A stretch of 64,000 bases of DNA from assembly GCA_965113315.1 (NCBI GenBank), contig OZ220369.1; one strand, 5' to 3'. The position numbers and the translations under genes were made by a program. Shown here one piece after another: positions 48,401-62,575 of the stretch. The DNA is from Podarcis vaucheri (Eukaryota). Below the pieces are notes generated by a model that had not been told where the DNA came from, searched no databases, and worked only from the letters and a program-made list of their open reading frames with translations. The first letter of the stretch is position 1, and each line of letters begins with the position of its first letter.

Positions 48401-50779
48401 GAGAAATGAATGTGTTTTGATGCTTGTCATGTTCACTTTAGGTATGAGTAATCCTTGCTGGATGATGCAAATAGAATGCTCAAAGACTTCTTTTTGCTTC
48501 CTTGATCTTTGGCGATTCATTATCACACTCCATTTGAGAATCCTTGGCTTAGAGGTTAGAGAAATGTATACTAAAAGGGGGGTGGAGTGAATGAAGGGCA
48601 CTGGCTAAGATTTGAAATTTGATAGATTTATCATATTTATAATTGTTAAGAACTTCATCACTCTGAATCCTGCCAAATTCTGGATCTGATTGCAGAATCT
48701 GAGCCTTCCTCCAAATCTCTTCATAACATTTTGAAATTTAGGTCACAACTGTTCTTATACTTGTTTTTAGCCAAAAGTAGAAATCCAGGGCACAAAACCC
48801 ACTCACTATTGATTCATTTATTATTGCAAAATTTCACATTTTTTATTGTTTTCATGCATGAGCATAGCAATGACAGTAAACAGAAAAAATGAAATACAAA
48901 ATATATTGTTTTTGTATTTCAAAGTTTCACATTGTAACATTCAAATTTGTAGTTTCAGAAAGCAAAGTCATCTCTGCAGTTACCCATTACGGGCCAAAGT
49001 TTGTGTAGATTATTTGAAAGTCTCTAAACGTGTCATGCTTTTTGCTAATAGGAAAATGAAGTGGCTTGCTGAAGGTAATGGTGTCATACAGGGAAATAAA
49101 ACAACACGGTCAAAACTAATGCCATATTCTAACTATTGGCCCACAATCCTATTCAAATTACAGTGATGACTGCAATACATAGGTACAAATAGAATAATAT
49201 CTGACATGTAAATAAGAACTGTATCTGAGTTGATCATTTTCATCTATGCAAAAGATTGATTGTAATCAATGCTACTGATAGCAAACTAGTTGACTATTGA
49301 TTTCTGCCCACATTTAACTAATTATTCTTCCCTAACAGAGACAGCATATTTACTGCTCCAAAAATACATTACACACTAAAACATTGGTTTCTGCCATAGT
49401 CTCCATCAAACCAGAGAATGCTTTTTAAAAAAGAAGACTTTGTTTCATTCTGACACAGAACCCCAAGATAGGCAATATTTCTCTGAAACTGAGATGGGGG
49501 GTGACTTCAGATGACCATCTCCTTCTTGCCGTCCTTGCCCTTTACGTCTGAGTATTTCAAAGCACCTGGCTGAATGTTTTCTGGAAATAGAACGTTGGTC
49601 TACATAGCAACACCTCCCAGGTCACATTTGTCATGGGATCTTGATTAAAAGTCATTTCACCTGGGTACCAGTTTGAGCCTGTGTTTTTTCCATCCTCTAC
49701 AGGTAACAGATACCTCCAGTTTGCTGGAGCTATGAGCCTTTGGTGCATGCAAAGGACAAAAGCCAAAGGACTCTTGCTCTGTGGCTCAAGGCCTGTAACA
49801 TTCTATGTGAGACAGGTCCTGTAAGTTTTCAGAGAAAATGACCAAGGCAGCAGCAAAGTTATCTGTGGTCCTCTGAAAGCAAAACTAAGTTATCATTGGT
49901 TGGGAGCCTTATTACATATCTATTGCTGGGCTGCTATTTTGCAACATTAATCTGTCTGTATTCCAGGGCAGACTATTTTATTGTCTAGAACAGTATTATC
50001 TACTCTGCCTTGAAGTGGCTTTCCAGACTCTCAGACGTAGACTCTGGAAAGTCTATGCCCCACCATCCCATCATCTGTTACTAGATCCTTTTTAATTAGA
50101 AATGACAACGATTGAACCAGGGGGGCTGATTCAGGGGGCTCCTGCCTGCCAGCTTCAAAATCAGTGGTTCCCTGACTACAAGCATCAGGCTTAGAGCTAG
50201 GAACCCAGTTTTAATCCCTAGCCAGTGACACTGTGGCCTCTGACTTGGTGTCCCAGTTTCTGTTGGACTCTGGGATCTGATACTCACAAAGGAATATGGG
50301 AAAGTTGGGGGCTGTGGTGGTATGCAAAAGACCTGCAAGGAGGACTCTTCCTACACCAGAGGCAGGAAACCAGGTGATGCTGCAGATGTTGCTGAACTAC
50401 ACCCTCCATCATCCCTGTCCACTGGCCATGCTGAATGATACTGTTGGAAACTGCATCCCAACAATGTCTGAAGAGCCACAGATTTTCCATCCCTGTCTTT
50501 AACAGCTTCAGAATTCTTAATATAATCAGAGGTTTGTAAGCTCTGCACCTTGCGCACAAATTGTTGGGTTTTTTTTGCTATCTAGCCTAGGTTCTTATAT
50601 ACAACACTGAACCTATATGTAGAGATTCATCCCATCCTTAGGGGAAGCATTCCATGATGCAAGCAACTGCATTCTGAAATAGCAGTCAAAATGCAATTCT
50701 GTCTACAAACCCCATGTGGGCTTTCACTAGTGCACTTCACATCTTAAATATAAGCAAGTTAGCTTTGGTCAGCCAACAG

Positions 50780-50862
50780 AAAGTCCACTGTCTACTCTGA
50801 AGTAAGTCCCAGTGAGTTTAGCAGGACTTACTCCCAGGTAAGTGTGTATAGGATTACAGCCT
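50780..50862. mobile_element. Short palindromic MITE-like repeat
   Basis: AGTAAGTCC...GGACTTACT dyad ending TATAGGATTACAGCC; reverse-oriented relative at ~40125-40212. Confidence 0.5.
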
Positions 50863-51149
50863 ATGGCAGGGAGTTGTTTGTTGTTGTTTTTTAAAGAAAA
50901 TAATATACTAATCTGATTCTCTACCCCACTCCCTTTGTGTGAAAAACCAGAAACCTGACATATTCTTTCCCACCTTCCTACAGAAAATAGAACAAGGTTT
51001 TCAGGTGAAAGCTCTCTAGGCAAAACAAACCTGAGCTATTTTCTTGTCCCCTTCTTGAATATTTTATTCTGAGTTCATTTTGGGCGCAAGCATATTTCTC
51101 TGAACTACACACACTCAAACTGCTAAGCTGCTTTGCTGCAAAACTAGTA

Positions 51150-51392
51150 CAGTGGTACCTCTGGTTAAGAACTTAATTCATTCCAGAAGTCCCTTCTTAA
51201 CCTGAAACTGTTCTTACCCTGAGGTACCACTTTAGGCTAATGGGGCCTCCCGCTGCTGCCACGCCGCCTCTGCACAGTTTCTGTTCTCATCCTGAAGTAA
51301 TGTTCTTAACCCGGGGTACTACTTCTGGGTTAGTGGAGTCTGTAACCTGAAGCGTCTGTAACCTGAAGTGTTTGTAACCTGAGGTACCACTG
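51150..51392 (-). mobile_element. Tigger/pogo-like MITE, short family, reverse orientation
   Basis: CAGTGGTACCTCTGGTTA / TAACCTGAGGTACCACTG, TA TSD. Confidence 0.9.
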
Positions 51393-54392
51393 TACAGGGC
51401 AGCAGCGCTTGCCCAGATATTTGCACCACAAAATAACCCTTTCTCAGGCTGGTTATTTACAGCAACTGCAAAATTCCCTACTAAAAAGAAGGAGGCTGGG
51501 AGAGACGGGTTGAGGAGGAGATTATTTGCTGACAAATATTTGATTATAACAGTGTACATTTAAACATAGTTTTGCTAGAAGAGGTAAAGAGGTTAATGCG
51601 TCTTCAGTGAGGTTATCCTTCCCTTCCACCTTTTCTACCCTCCATTCACCCCCAAATTTCCTTGTTTTCGCTTGGCTTAAATTCCTAACGCTGCCTGATG
51701 AAATGTAGTGTACAGCTTTTAATTGTGCCCAGAGGCAGTGGAACTTCACAGAGGGTTTGGAGCAACTGGCAAAGGGTTTCAGAAACAGCTGTGTTTCGGG
51801 AACATGTGCGGCACTGTGGAACTACCCTGTCAGCACCTGCAGCCGCTTAACGCACAGCTCCATGCATGGCTCACATCTGGGATTAATCAGTGCTCTTAAA
51901 GGAATTAATACACTTTAAGATATTTTTTATTTTTATGGTACCTGCAGGAACACGATGCTATATTAAAAAATCCGCAGCGGATAAGAAGTATGTTGCTTGA
52001 GCCAGAGTTGCTGAGGGGAATAGAAGCCTCTGTTTCTCTTGCCAAGAACGAATTGTTTTAATATCCCCAACATTCAATATTATTTATTATTAAAGTCTAA
52101 TAGAGTTTTAGCGAGTAACCAATTCTCCTCTGTTTTAACCTATTTTCCCCAACTGTGCCTTATTATTCATAATTTTAGCATTTCACTAGAAAATGACCCT
52201 GCTCTTATTTTTTGTTTTTAAAAAATGTGTGTGGGGGGGAGAGTCTGCACTGACCCTCAGGACTTCATTCATGCGGGAAGGTTCTAGAACGCCCTCCAAA
52301 AACATCACGTTTATAAATGTCATATTGTGTTAGCAGAAGTATTTACTTACAACTCTCCACACAGCAGAAAACTCTGTTCATTGAGGAGTTATGCCACATT
52401 AACCATTTAGGCTTGATTTTCATCCTAATTGTACAGGAGGGGAAAACTAAATTGCATTTCCATGCTCATTTTTTCATATCTCATGCTGAAGGAAATTTAG
52501 TAGAGTGTGAAATTTACTATCTGAGGGTTGTCAGGACTATCAATGAATGGACCAAACCTAGGAGGATGGGGTTTTTTGTTTACTTGCAACCCAGGATTCC
52601 CCCAGGTTAGTGGAGATGGCCAGAAGTTGGAACATGACATAGGACAAGCATAAGGAGGGCCAGTCCAACCATTAGAGTGAGTTTTCTGGCTCAGAAGCTG
52701 GGAGGTGAGGCACAGCAACAAGGTGCTGGAGAGCAGAATTGTGTCTGGCACATGATATCCACCTCCAATCTCTTGAAATTCATGTAGTTGTCAAAAGGAG
52801 GGAGGATGGCACTCAAAGTCGCTGGAACAGTTTCACTGAACTTACATTTTCTTGTAATTTTAAATTTAATTTGCACATCATTATAGTAACAGCTATAACC
52901 ACCACATTTTTAAATAACAAGCCACTTTTGAAAATCTCTTAGCATTTCAAAAGAACAGTGATTCAGACCAATAGAGACTTGAGAGACCATGTGGTAAAAA
53001 TGCATATTTCACTATAATAAAACAAAAGCCCATCAAACACTATCTCACAGTTCCACAAAAACCATAAAACGATGCCTTTTTCTGCACAGTTTTCCTCTCT
53101 CACCCATCAACAATATCCACAATATGGCCCTTGTGTCCAGTAATTTGTCATTTCATTGACTTTGTTACCCTGTGCCAAATTTGCTTCAGGGCATTTCCAA
53201 ATGACACTTACATTAAGTTCGCTGATTGGTCCTGATTACTGCTCTATTACATAAGCCAAAAAGCTCTTCAAATCCCTGTTTCTCTGCTCCTCGGTTTAGC
53301 CCTGTTTGTCTTTTTGCTCCTGGAGGCAAATGTCATGTACAACTAGGAGAACTGATGCTCTTTAGCTAAGAGTTAAGCCACAAATTTTTGGATGTAAAAG
53401 CCAAAGTTTTACCCAAAGCAAAAAAATTTCAGTTCTCTTACCTGCATATTGTATTTGAAAAAAATATTTCCCTCTTAACTCTCAATTCACATTACAGATT
53501 TTTAAAATAAGAAATTAATTCTGCTTGTTGACAGTCACATTGTGTACTCAATGAAAACACAAAATTGTACACATCACTACAACGTTATCACCATCATTAT
53601 CAGTCAGACTAGTTGTTGCGGGAAACATTTATCAGCCCAAGGGCTGCATTTCCTTCTGGGCAACCTGCCAGTGTTGGTTGGGCCAAGGTCAAAAGTGGGT
53701 GGAGCAAGCCAAGCAAAAAGCATTAGCAGAGTTCAGGGGCATATTGCACCTAGGCAAAAGCACTCAGCGAGAGCGTGGAGCAGGATCAGTGACAGGTATC
53801 AACTGGGCAGGGTCTTGGAGGTCAGATGAAGACAGCCTAAGGTTCCCCACTCCCCATAAGGCATCTTTGGGCTACTGTCCTGGCCCAAGTTTCCCATCTG
53901 GGTTCACTTCTGATACTGTCGTGCCTCAGATGTCAAACTGAATATGTTCCGAAAGTGCGTCCGACTTCCGAAACATCTGACTTCCAAAGTGCAGCTTCTG
54001 ATTGGCTGCAGGAAGCTCCCATATGCATTAAGCTATCACCTCTGATGACTCACATTTAGGACTTATGAACAGGTTCCTATTCAGAAATCATTTCCATGCA
54101 GGAGTTTTGTGACATGTGAAGTAGTCTTTAATAGAGAACAGGCTTCATACAACCAGTTTGGCTGTCTGAAGTCATCTACATCTTGACATTTTCATCCCAT
54201 GCAAGCAGATACCTTCAAAGTGCTAAAAATGATTAAACGTATGGTTTATTTCAGAAGAGGGTAGTGTGTCTAAACAGGCATAGTACTTCTGAAATCCAGA
54301 GATTTTTTGCGTCAAACTGGCATCTTTGTTAACAGAGTGGCCAGTAGTCTAGTATGTGTCAGGGATACTGAATTTTGTACTCAGGACTTACA

Positions 54393-54779
54393 GGGGACGT
54401 GGGTGGCACTGTGATCTAAACCACTGAGCCCCTTGGACTTGCCGATTGGAAGGTTGGCGGTTCAAATCTGCGCAATGGGGTGAGCTCCTGTTACTCTGTC
54501 CTAGCTTCTGCCAACCTAGTAGTTAGAAAGCATACAAGTGCAAGTAAATAAATAAATAGGTACTGCTGTGGTAGAAAGGTATATGACATTTCTATGTGCT
54601 CTGGCTTCTGTCACTGTGTTCCATTGCGCCAGAAGCAGTTTATTCATGCTGGCCACATGTCCTGGAAAGCAGTCTGTGGACAAATGCCTGCTCCCTCAGC
54701 CTGAAGTGAGATGAGCCCCACACCCCATAGTCGCCTTTGACTGGACTGAACCATCCAGGGGTCCTTTACCTTTATACCT
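54393..54779 (+). mobile_element. Sauria SINE (Squam1), diverged copy
   Basis: GGGGACGTGGGTGGCACTGTG head, CCTTTACCTTTA tail, 13-bp TSD TACTCAGGACTTA. Confidence 0.92.
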
Positions 54780-54899
54780 TACTCAGGACTTAGAACACTC
54801 TTCCAGCAGTGAATGGAACACGGGTGTGTAATTTCAGCCCCTATGACTGACAGGCTGTATGAAAACATGTTAATTATTATTAATATTTGTTAGATATCT

Positions 54900-55400
54900 C
54901 ATTAAATAAGTCCTCTAGGCATTGTAGTAAACTAATTTAAAAACATAGCAATAATGCAATGATATCCACAATCAATTTTTGAAATTTCTAACCCAGAGGA
55001 AAAACAAAACACAAAAACAAACCCGTAGCACAATGAAATACAATGCAAATCAGAGGAGCTAAAAACAATCCTCAAATACTGTACAGGAGCTAAAACCACA
55101 ACCCACACCACAGGGACTAAAATAAGAACATCTTAAAATGGCAAAAGCTTAGGCTGGAACCAAAAACATGTTTTTTTGGAGCCAGGGAAGCTTCCATGGG
55201 AAGAACATTTCCTATATAGGAGGCCATCATCAAAACGGCCTTCTCTCTTGTGGCCCCCCTTCTCTCTTGTGGCCCCAACTTCAGACTGAGGGGACACACC
55301 GAGAAGTTGTTATGTAGATAACATCATGAACCACATTGGACCGGTAGGTACAATGTGGGAGGAATCATTCTATCAGGTACCAAGCCATTTAGAGCTTTGC
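54900..55400 (-). mobile_element. Degraded L2-type LINE 3' end
   Basis: Reverse translation REKAVLMMASYIGNVLPMEASLAP resembles the L2 ORF2 C-terminal RAFSVAAPxLWNxLP motif; contains a 19-bp tandem duplication near 55239-55277. Confidence 0.4.
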
Positions 55401-57039
55401 CCTGTATACACAGGTCACAGGTCCCAAACTCCCAAGCCAAAAGATCGAATTGAGCCTAGAGATGAACCAGATGCTACTAAAGGCATGAAAAGGGTGTGAG
55501 TCTCTAGTGACAGAGCTAGATAATAAACATTCTCAGACTGTGCCCCTGAAGATCTTTCATTCTCAATAAAGGAAGGTCCAGGCTGACGTGCTAGGAAATA
55601 GCTACTGAAAGCCATATGCTACCTACTAGACGTTCCATCCAGTCTTACTCTGGGTCATCCGCAGCCAGTGCATGTATCACTTCTGTAATGCAATGTGCAT
55701 GCCACCATTCACTTAGATGGTGAGATGGTGCTTTATAAAAACTAGGTAGTTTCAGAGGTCTTTGGAAGGCTTGGACAGTTCTGTTTTATTACTGTCAAAA
55801 CCAAATCACTACCAGAATCTGAAGGCCCCTTTGTCTGAAAATAAAAAAGCCCTGCAATACATGTAAAATCAAAGTAGATGAGCAATTTGCTTTAAATCTT
55901 CAAACTCTCCTAATACCATGAGCTGAACTTCATCTAGTGATGCACAGCTGGGAGATTTTTCTATCAAAAGAACAGTTGAGCAGATTATTTCCAAATATAA
56001 TATTTGCTGCCCTGCTATCTCTTTTAGAGGAAATAAAACTGCAGGGATATTAGTAACTCTTAAACTTCCTGCATCACTAGCCAGGATTCTCAAGGAAGGA
56101 CATTTTAATAAATAGGTGCTGAAGTTTCAGCTAGCAAAATGAAAAACGGAATCTGTCTCAGATGGAAAGGAGGAAAAGCAAAACAGACACCCACCCACAC
56201 TCACCACATTGGGACTTCATTTGCGGGGAATACTCCGAAAAGCAACAAAATCCAGGCATGTAATTGCATCAAGTGATTTCTCCAAGGAAAGTTAATCCAG
56301 AACCTACTTCAATTTTTGATAACCCTTGTGTCAAACATTCTGTATATAGGTGTAAAAGAATATCCTATCATCTGAGAAATGCACACCCACCGCTGTGTAG
56401 AAAACCCACACTAATCCCCAAGCAGGCCATTGAGACAAATATCTGCTGGCTACATGTGGTGGAATCATTTTGTTAAAAACTGAAGGGAGAAGTCTTTCCT
56501 CATCACTCACTATCATTGCATTTTTCATTATAAGACCCAGTTAAAACTTATAAATCAGATTCGGAGGTTCTCTGCCCCAGTAAATCCCCCTAATATTACC
56601 AGATGAAAGTAGTTGATCTCTCCCCACCCCAGAACCTAGTAGGGTTCACTCTTGACCCTTACCTGAAGCCTTACCAAATGGTGGGGACATGAGGCATGGA
56701 CACATTTGTCATTTTGGTTTCTCATTCTTCCAATCACATTTTCACACCAGGTTGCAATTTGCGGGGGGGGGGGGTCCTCACAAAAATTATCAGCATTTAA
56801 AAGCACATTTCTCCAACCTAATTAACACAAATTTGTATGCACTTTTGCCTAAAATACAGTTTTGTGAGAGATTTCTCCTAGCACCATGGATTTCCTGTGC
56901 TATTTTCACTAAAACATGCACGTTTACACACATTTTCTCCTGAATATACTGTATGTGTTGTATTTTTATGTTGTGATCTACGGATGTAGGGTGGTATACA
57001 AATTTAACAAATAATAACAAATATCATTTAATGATATTT

Positions 57040-57772
57040 ACCTTTTAATGAGGGTGAAAGAGGAGAGCACAAAATATGGTCTGAAGCTCAACATCAAAAA
57101 AACGAAGATCATGGCCACTGGGCCCATCACCTCCTGGCAAATAGAAGGGGAAGAAATGGAGGCAGTGAGAGATTTTACTTTCTTGGGCTCCATGATCACT
57201 GCAGATGGTGACAGAAGCCACAAAATTAAAAGACGCCTGCTCCTTGGGAGAAAGGCGATGAAAAACCTAGACAGTATCTTAAAAAGCAGAGACATCACCT
57301 TGCCAACAAAGGTCCGTATAGTTAAAGCCATGGTTTTCCCAGTAGTAATGTATGGAAGTGAGAGCTGGACCATAAAGAAGGCTGATCGCCGAAGAATTGA
57401 TGCTTTTGAATTATGGTGCTGGAGGAGACTCTTGAGAGTCCCATGGACTGCAAGAAGATCAAACCTATCCATTCTGAAGGAAATCAGCCCTGAGTGCTCA
57501 CTGGAAGGACAGGTCCTGAAGCTGAGGCTCCAATACTTTGGCCACCTCATGAGAAGAGAAGACTCCCTGGAAAAGACCCTGATGTTGGGAAAGATGGAGG
57601 GCACAAGGAGAAGGGGACGACAGAGGATGAGATGGTTGGACAGAGTTCTTGAAGCTACAAACATGAGTCTGACCAAACTGCGGGAGGCAGTGGAAGACAG
57701 GAGTGCCTGGCGTGCTCTGGTCCATGGGGTCACGAAGAGTTGGACACGACTAAACAACTAAACAACAACAAC
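57040..57772 (+). mobile_element. BovB (RTE clade) LINE 3' fragment
   Basis: ORF 57048-57761 with GLKLNIKKTKIM, FLGSMIT, YGSESWT, DAFELWCWRRLLRVPWTARRSN, LMLGKMEGTRRRGRQRMRWLD; (CAA)n tail; AACAAATATCAT on both flanks. Confidence 0.97.
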
Positions 57773-60239
57773 AAATATCATAATAACAATATTAATGTAC
57801 ACTTTTTGCACACATCTTTTGGTTGAAGAACTGCACTACAAAATTCCAGTGCAAAACTGGAACGATAGCTGTGTTTCTATGTTTTCTATGTATGGTTTGA
57901 GAAGAGTCAATATGGTTAACCTAATTTCTCCCCATCCTTGGGAAACTCCAACCACAAGGGATCAAGGAATGGTTCCAGGGACAGTGGGCAACATTTAGGG
58001 GCAGGTGGAGGGACACTGTTACAGACTACAGGATTCCTCAAGAGCCCATGAGTCTTGGCTATGATTCCTCTAACAAAGAATTTAGGTGGCAAGTGCCAAG
58101 AGCAATGGAGTCAAACCAAGGCAACTGAGAAACAGGAGGAATGTATCAACAATCTTGGAGGATCCCCAAAATTTGCAGAAGCACAGAACAACTCTTTAAA
58201 ACACAAAGGGGACAATTGTCAACCGCAAAAAGGAACCAACCCAGCCCATGAAGACTAAGCATTCCCATGAGTCACAGGATGTTGACCATCAGTTGGAAAT
58301 GGACGTGGCATGGAGTGATTGGGATACCCATTTGAAGGGAATGACTGGCTAGAACTATCAACACTCCTTTTAAGAGACAGGATACCCCGCAACGTTTTAT
58401 TGATGCTCTACTGGTGAAGTACACAAAGTAATTACAACAAATGCTCTTAAGTTGAACAGATAGGGCCACTCTTCATGAAAGCTTCAGTCTGCTGTGAAAA
58501 GTGTCCCCCCTTTTCCTTCACAGAGATTGTTAAAACAACATTTTGTGTGGAACAGCCTGATCGGTGTGCCCTGCACAAGTGCCATGCAATGCCTGATCTG
58601 AATCAACTACACAGATGTGATGATGGAAAGACCTTGGTAGAACGATAACTTTAATCTATCCTAAGTAACTGTGCTTGAATGCAAAATGGCCAATACTGAT
58701 TCATCACAACTTGATTTTGCCACAGGTTTCTTGAATTCCACAAGGATGTCCTTTTTCTTCTCAATTTGAATTGCAACTATTTATTTATTTAACAGGATCA
58801 GAGCTTCACTTAATCATTGGAGCCTCCAATAAAATTACTTTGCTTTACTTTTTTCCATTATAAAGGGAGGTAAAGCATGATGGGGTGTTTATGATTTTCT
58901 AGTCATCTTCAACTTATGGGTTGGATCATACCAAAATTCAAGTGGGCCACATTCTTGGCACCACCACCATTTTGTTGGGGGATGGGGGTGGGTAAAGAAA
59001 AAATAAGAAGAGTAGGAACTGTGAAAGAGAGACAGTAAAGATTTACCAAAAAAAAAAAAAAATCAGGTTGGCATAATTATAAAGTCTTTTTGTGCATCTT
59101 TCCTCACTTAGAATACTTCCCTATAATGCCAAACAGTTGCTGCAAAACTGTAATCTATGCACACACTCCAACATATTTTGGAGGTGACAGTCAAAGTTAA
59201 AGTAGTAGTTGATTCCCAATGGTTACCATGTATATTCCCTGAGATAATTAAATAATAAATAGTTATATTAAAAGTATTCAAACTGATCAGTGGAAGTTTT
59301 CCTCACCTCCTCCTAAATTATACTGTTTGTGATTTTTTTCTCTTTTTGTAACACTTTAACTTGAGTAAATGAGCACCAGCATGCTACCTTGGCAGATTAT
59401 TTGCTGCGTAAAGGAAACAAACTTTGTAAAATCGTTATACAAAGTCTACAGACCTGGAGATAAATAATGAAAATGAACCTTCCCCCTGTAAATGCCCCAG
59501 TGTTCATTTAATTTAATATTCTCCATTGGTGGAAATAAATTAAAAATGAACAAGGCTTGTTTGTGCCTGCCTTACACTATCCTCTGCTTTTGAATAGCAA
59601 CCGCATATTAATTTATCAGGATTCTCATAAATTATAATTAGCCAGGAGGATTAACAACATAAATCCTTGAATTTAAAACCAACCTGCCCCGCTCTCTCTT
59701 CTCTTTGCCCTAAAGTGAAAAGGAGCCCATAAAACCCATCACTGCTGTTTGATCCATTAAACTCATGAGACATTCTTATTTCAGCTTAGCTACTGGAGGT
59801 ACATTCGTTAAATCTTTTTAAAGTTACAGTAGCCTGCCTGGAATTGAAATGCTCACACTGCAGAAAATAATGTGCTAAAATGGCTACACCCGTCTCTAGG
59901 GCAACTGTGACCGAGAACATAAAGCCTGCTCAGAAATCTGGGGAGGAGCAATTTTAAAAGTCGGTAATTGTTTTTGTTTTTCTGTTTTTTAAAAAGCATC
60001 TTTAAAGAAAAGCAGGGGCATCTATAGGTTCCCTGTGTCTTCTCTTTCCCTGTAGAAAGAGTTCATACAAGGTGGCCAAAAAGCATTATAAGGAGTATCA
60101 CAAATGCACACCTGATAAAATGATACTTCACACTATTTTGCAATCTGGCAAGTCCAGCATCACTGGAGAGGCAAAATAAGAAACCTGGACCAAATTTATG
60201 CCGCTACATCTTCAGAACTGTTGCCCACAATGCTTCTCT

Positions 60240-60755
60240 GATGCCAGGGACAGGCAGGAGTCTGGGCAGAGGGTGGGCAGAGGAGGCATGGGGCAGGAGG
60301 AGGATCCACGGGAGAGGGTCTATGATGTGTAGGGTTCTGTGACGCAGGGGGAAGTCCAGGCAGTCAAAGACAGGAGTAGAAAAGGGGGGAAGAGGTGCAG
60401 GAAGAAAGAGTCAAACTGTTAGAATCTCCTCCATTCCCTCTCCCACTGTCTCCAAGGATGAGGAGGGGCTTAAAAGCAACATGAACAGCTGGATGAGCAC
60501 AGGAGAAGTCACTGAAAACCATGTCAGAAGGGGGGAGGGGTTAAATGTGCTGGAGGAGGCATGGCCCGCTGTTGCACCAACTGCTGGGACTGAGCACAGG
60601 TCTGAAGAAGGAAATGCCCAGCTATTAAGCAGGAGTGGTGTATGTGATTCTTGCACCACAGAAGCAGGTATAATTAAGCTTTGCCAATAAAGAACTAAAC
60701 TTTCAATCATGTGTCCTCCTTTGGGGGTCTGGGCATGCTCGAGAGATCTATGACT
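60240..60755 (+). mobile_element. Possible degraded solo LTR
   Basis: Purine-rich U3-like segment and AATAAAGAACT at ~60686; ends and TSD not resolved. Confidence 0.3.
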
Positions 60756-62369
60756 GAATAGAAAAGCTATTGGAAAGCTCTCCAGTTGGCACTGTGATGG
60801 CACTGTGATTACTCAAAAGTGTATACATAGTATGAAAAAATAGCATCTACTGATGGATGTGCCTCCCATAGCCTAAGCTGATTTCCTACAAAGCGTGTTC
60901 TCCTTCATGGAGAGCACATGTTGCGGTGGGGTCTAACAAGACATCCCACTGTTGCTGGGCGAGTAAAAGAGAGTTGGCCACCATTACGATTGGGTGCTTC
61001 TTGATGTTGGGGAGATTGTGATGCTGCCATTTTGTGATTGACAGCCATAAGCTAATTCCCTGCGCACAGCATTGAGCTTTCTCTTTTTGCTGCGTGCATC
61101 GGATCACCCGCCCACCCTCCCTATTTTCAGGGTTGTTCACTTGACCTTGCTATGCCTGTCATGGGGTCATCTGCTTTTGGGGCAGGGGCCTGGTAGGAAT
61201 TTTGTCCATTTGGCTGATTTGCTGGTGCCAATTGGTTTTTGCCTACTGTGTAGCAAATCGTCACAACTTGTAAAGTTGCAGTTAGGCATTGGTTTTATGA
61301 ATTGGTTGGTGGAGGGGTATGGATTGGCTGTGCCTGCCCCTCCAATGCTGCTGCTGCAAGGGTATTCCATTAAAGGAATCCAGGGGCTCGCCATGCTTTT
61401 ATCCGAACCCGTGTCAAGGGGCTAGGGCCACGCAAGAGCCCCTGGCAACATTTGGGGAGAGGTGAGGGCATGGTACCCACCTCCATCTCTCTCCCCAGAA
61501 TGTTTTCCCTTTCTGACTTCACGGGCGTGCAAATGTCAGTCTGTCCCCATGCGGGGTCAGATAGTCGCAACCAATGCCTAAGCAACCACTCACATTTTTT
61601 GTATTTTAATAAAGTTGTGGCCAAAATTATGCCTAAAAACCTTAAACAAAAATTCTGTGTGAATTGTGTTTTATTTGGGGTGGATTGAGTATCTCAACAC
61701 CCAAATTGGAAGTAGTTTGGTGTATCCTCAAGCCAAGCCAACCTTGGAGACCACCTGCCTTGTCTCCTTTCTCCACCCACCCCACCCCACCCTTCCTTTC
61801 CTTCAATCCCATTTACCTAGGTAGCGAGGCAGTTTGGAGGACTGTTGGGTGTGGGAAAGTAGGTCCCATCTGGGAGGGAGGCTGATTCTCTGACCTACAG
61901 AAGAGTTAAGAGAGCATAATACTCAACTCATAACTGAAGCCCCTTGAAGTATGAACTTAATAACACATCTAGTAGCATCAGTTTACAAGTGTGGTAGCAC
62001 TGTCAAATTTCTGTATTTGTTATTTCAGGCTCATAATCATTTGGGGCTCTCATGCTCCTGTAATCATTTGGAGGAAGTTCTGTGTGTACCAGTACACACT
62101 GGAAGTACCAGTACAAGGGAGTGTACTGATCCTCACAACTTTGCTGCCAAAATAGCAGCAAAGAACTGCAATGGCCATCAATTGTGTGCACAAGTATGTT
62201 CACCATTCCCATGAGACTCCCTCCAGAGACCCTAACAATTTTACTGCAATTGTCTAGAAGAAGTTCAGCCTATATGAATCACTTAGCTATAAGGCGATTC
62301 CTAGTATCATTCCTTTATTTCCACAAATTAAGTTTTTAAGACCATTTATTTCCCAGGTTACGCATCCAA

Positions 62370-62575
62370 ACGTAAGAATAACCCTGCCTGATCAATCCAG
62401 CATCCTGCTCTCATAGTGGCCAACCAGATACCTCTGGGAAACCCAAAAGCAAGACCTCAGCACAATAACACTTTCCCCACCTGCCATTCCCAGCAACTAG
62501 TATTCAAAGCCGTACTGCCTCAGACAGCAGAGGTAGAGCCTAGTCATCGGGACTATTAGTTATTGACAGCCTGAA
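62370..62575 (-). mobile_element. Old CR1-type 3' UTR fragment
   Basis: CCAGCATCCTGCTCTCATAGTGGCCAA is the reverse complement of the 12375-12572 family. Confidence 0.55.

Noticed and set aside
57038-57757. 239-aa antisense ORF
   Set aside because: Shadow ORF on the reverse strand of BovB ORF2; the sense frame carries the RTE motifs
56680-57940. Degraded repeat flanking BovB, with possible relatives at ~20130-20290, 25040-25200 and 46000-46380
   Set aside because: Probably an old DNA-transposon family, but TIRs and TSD could not be fixed by eye
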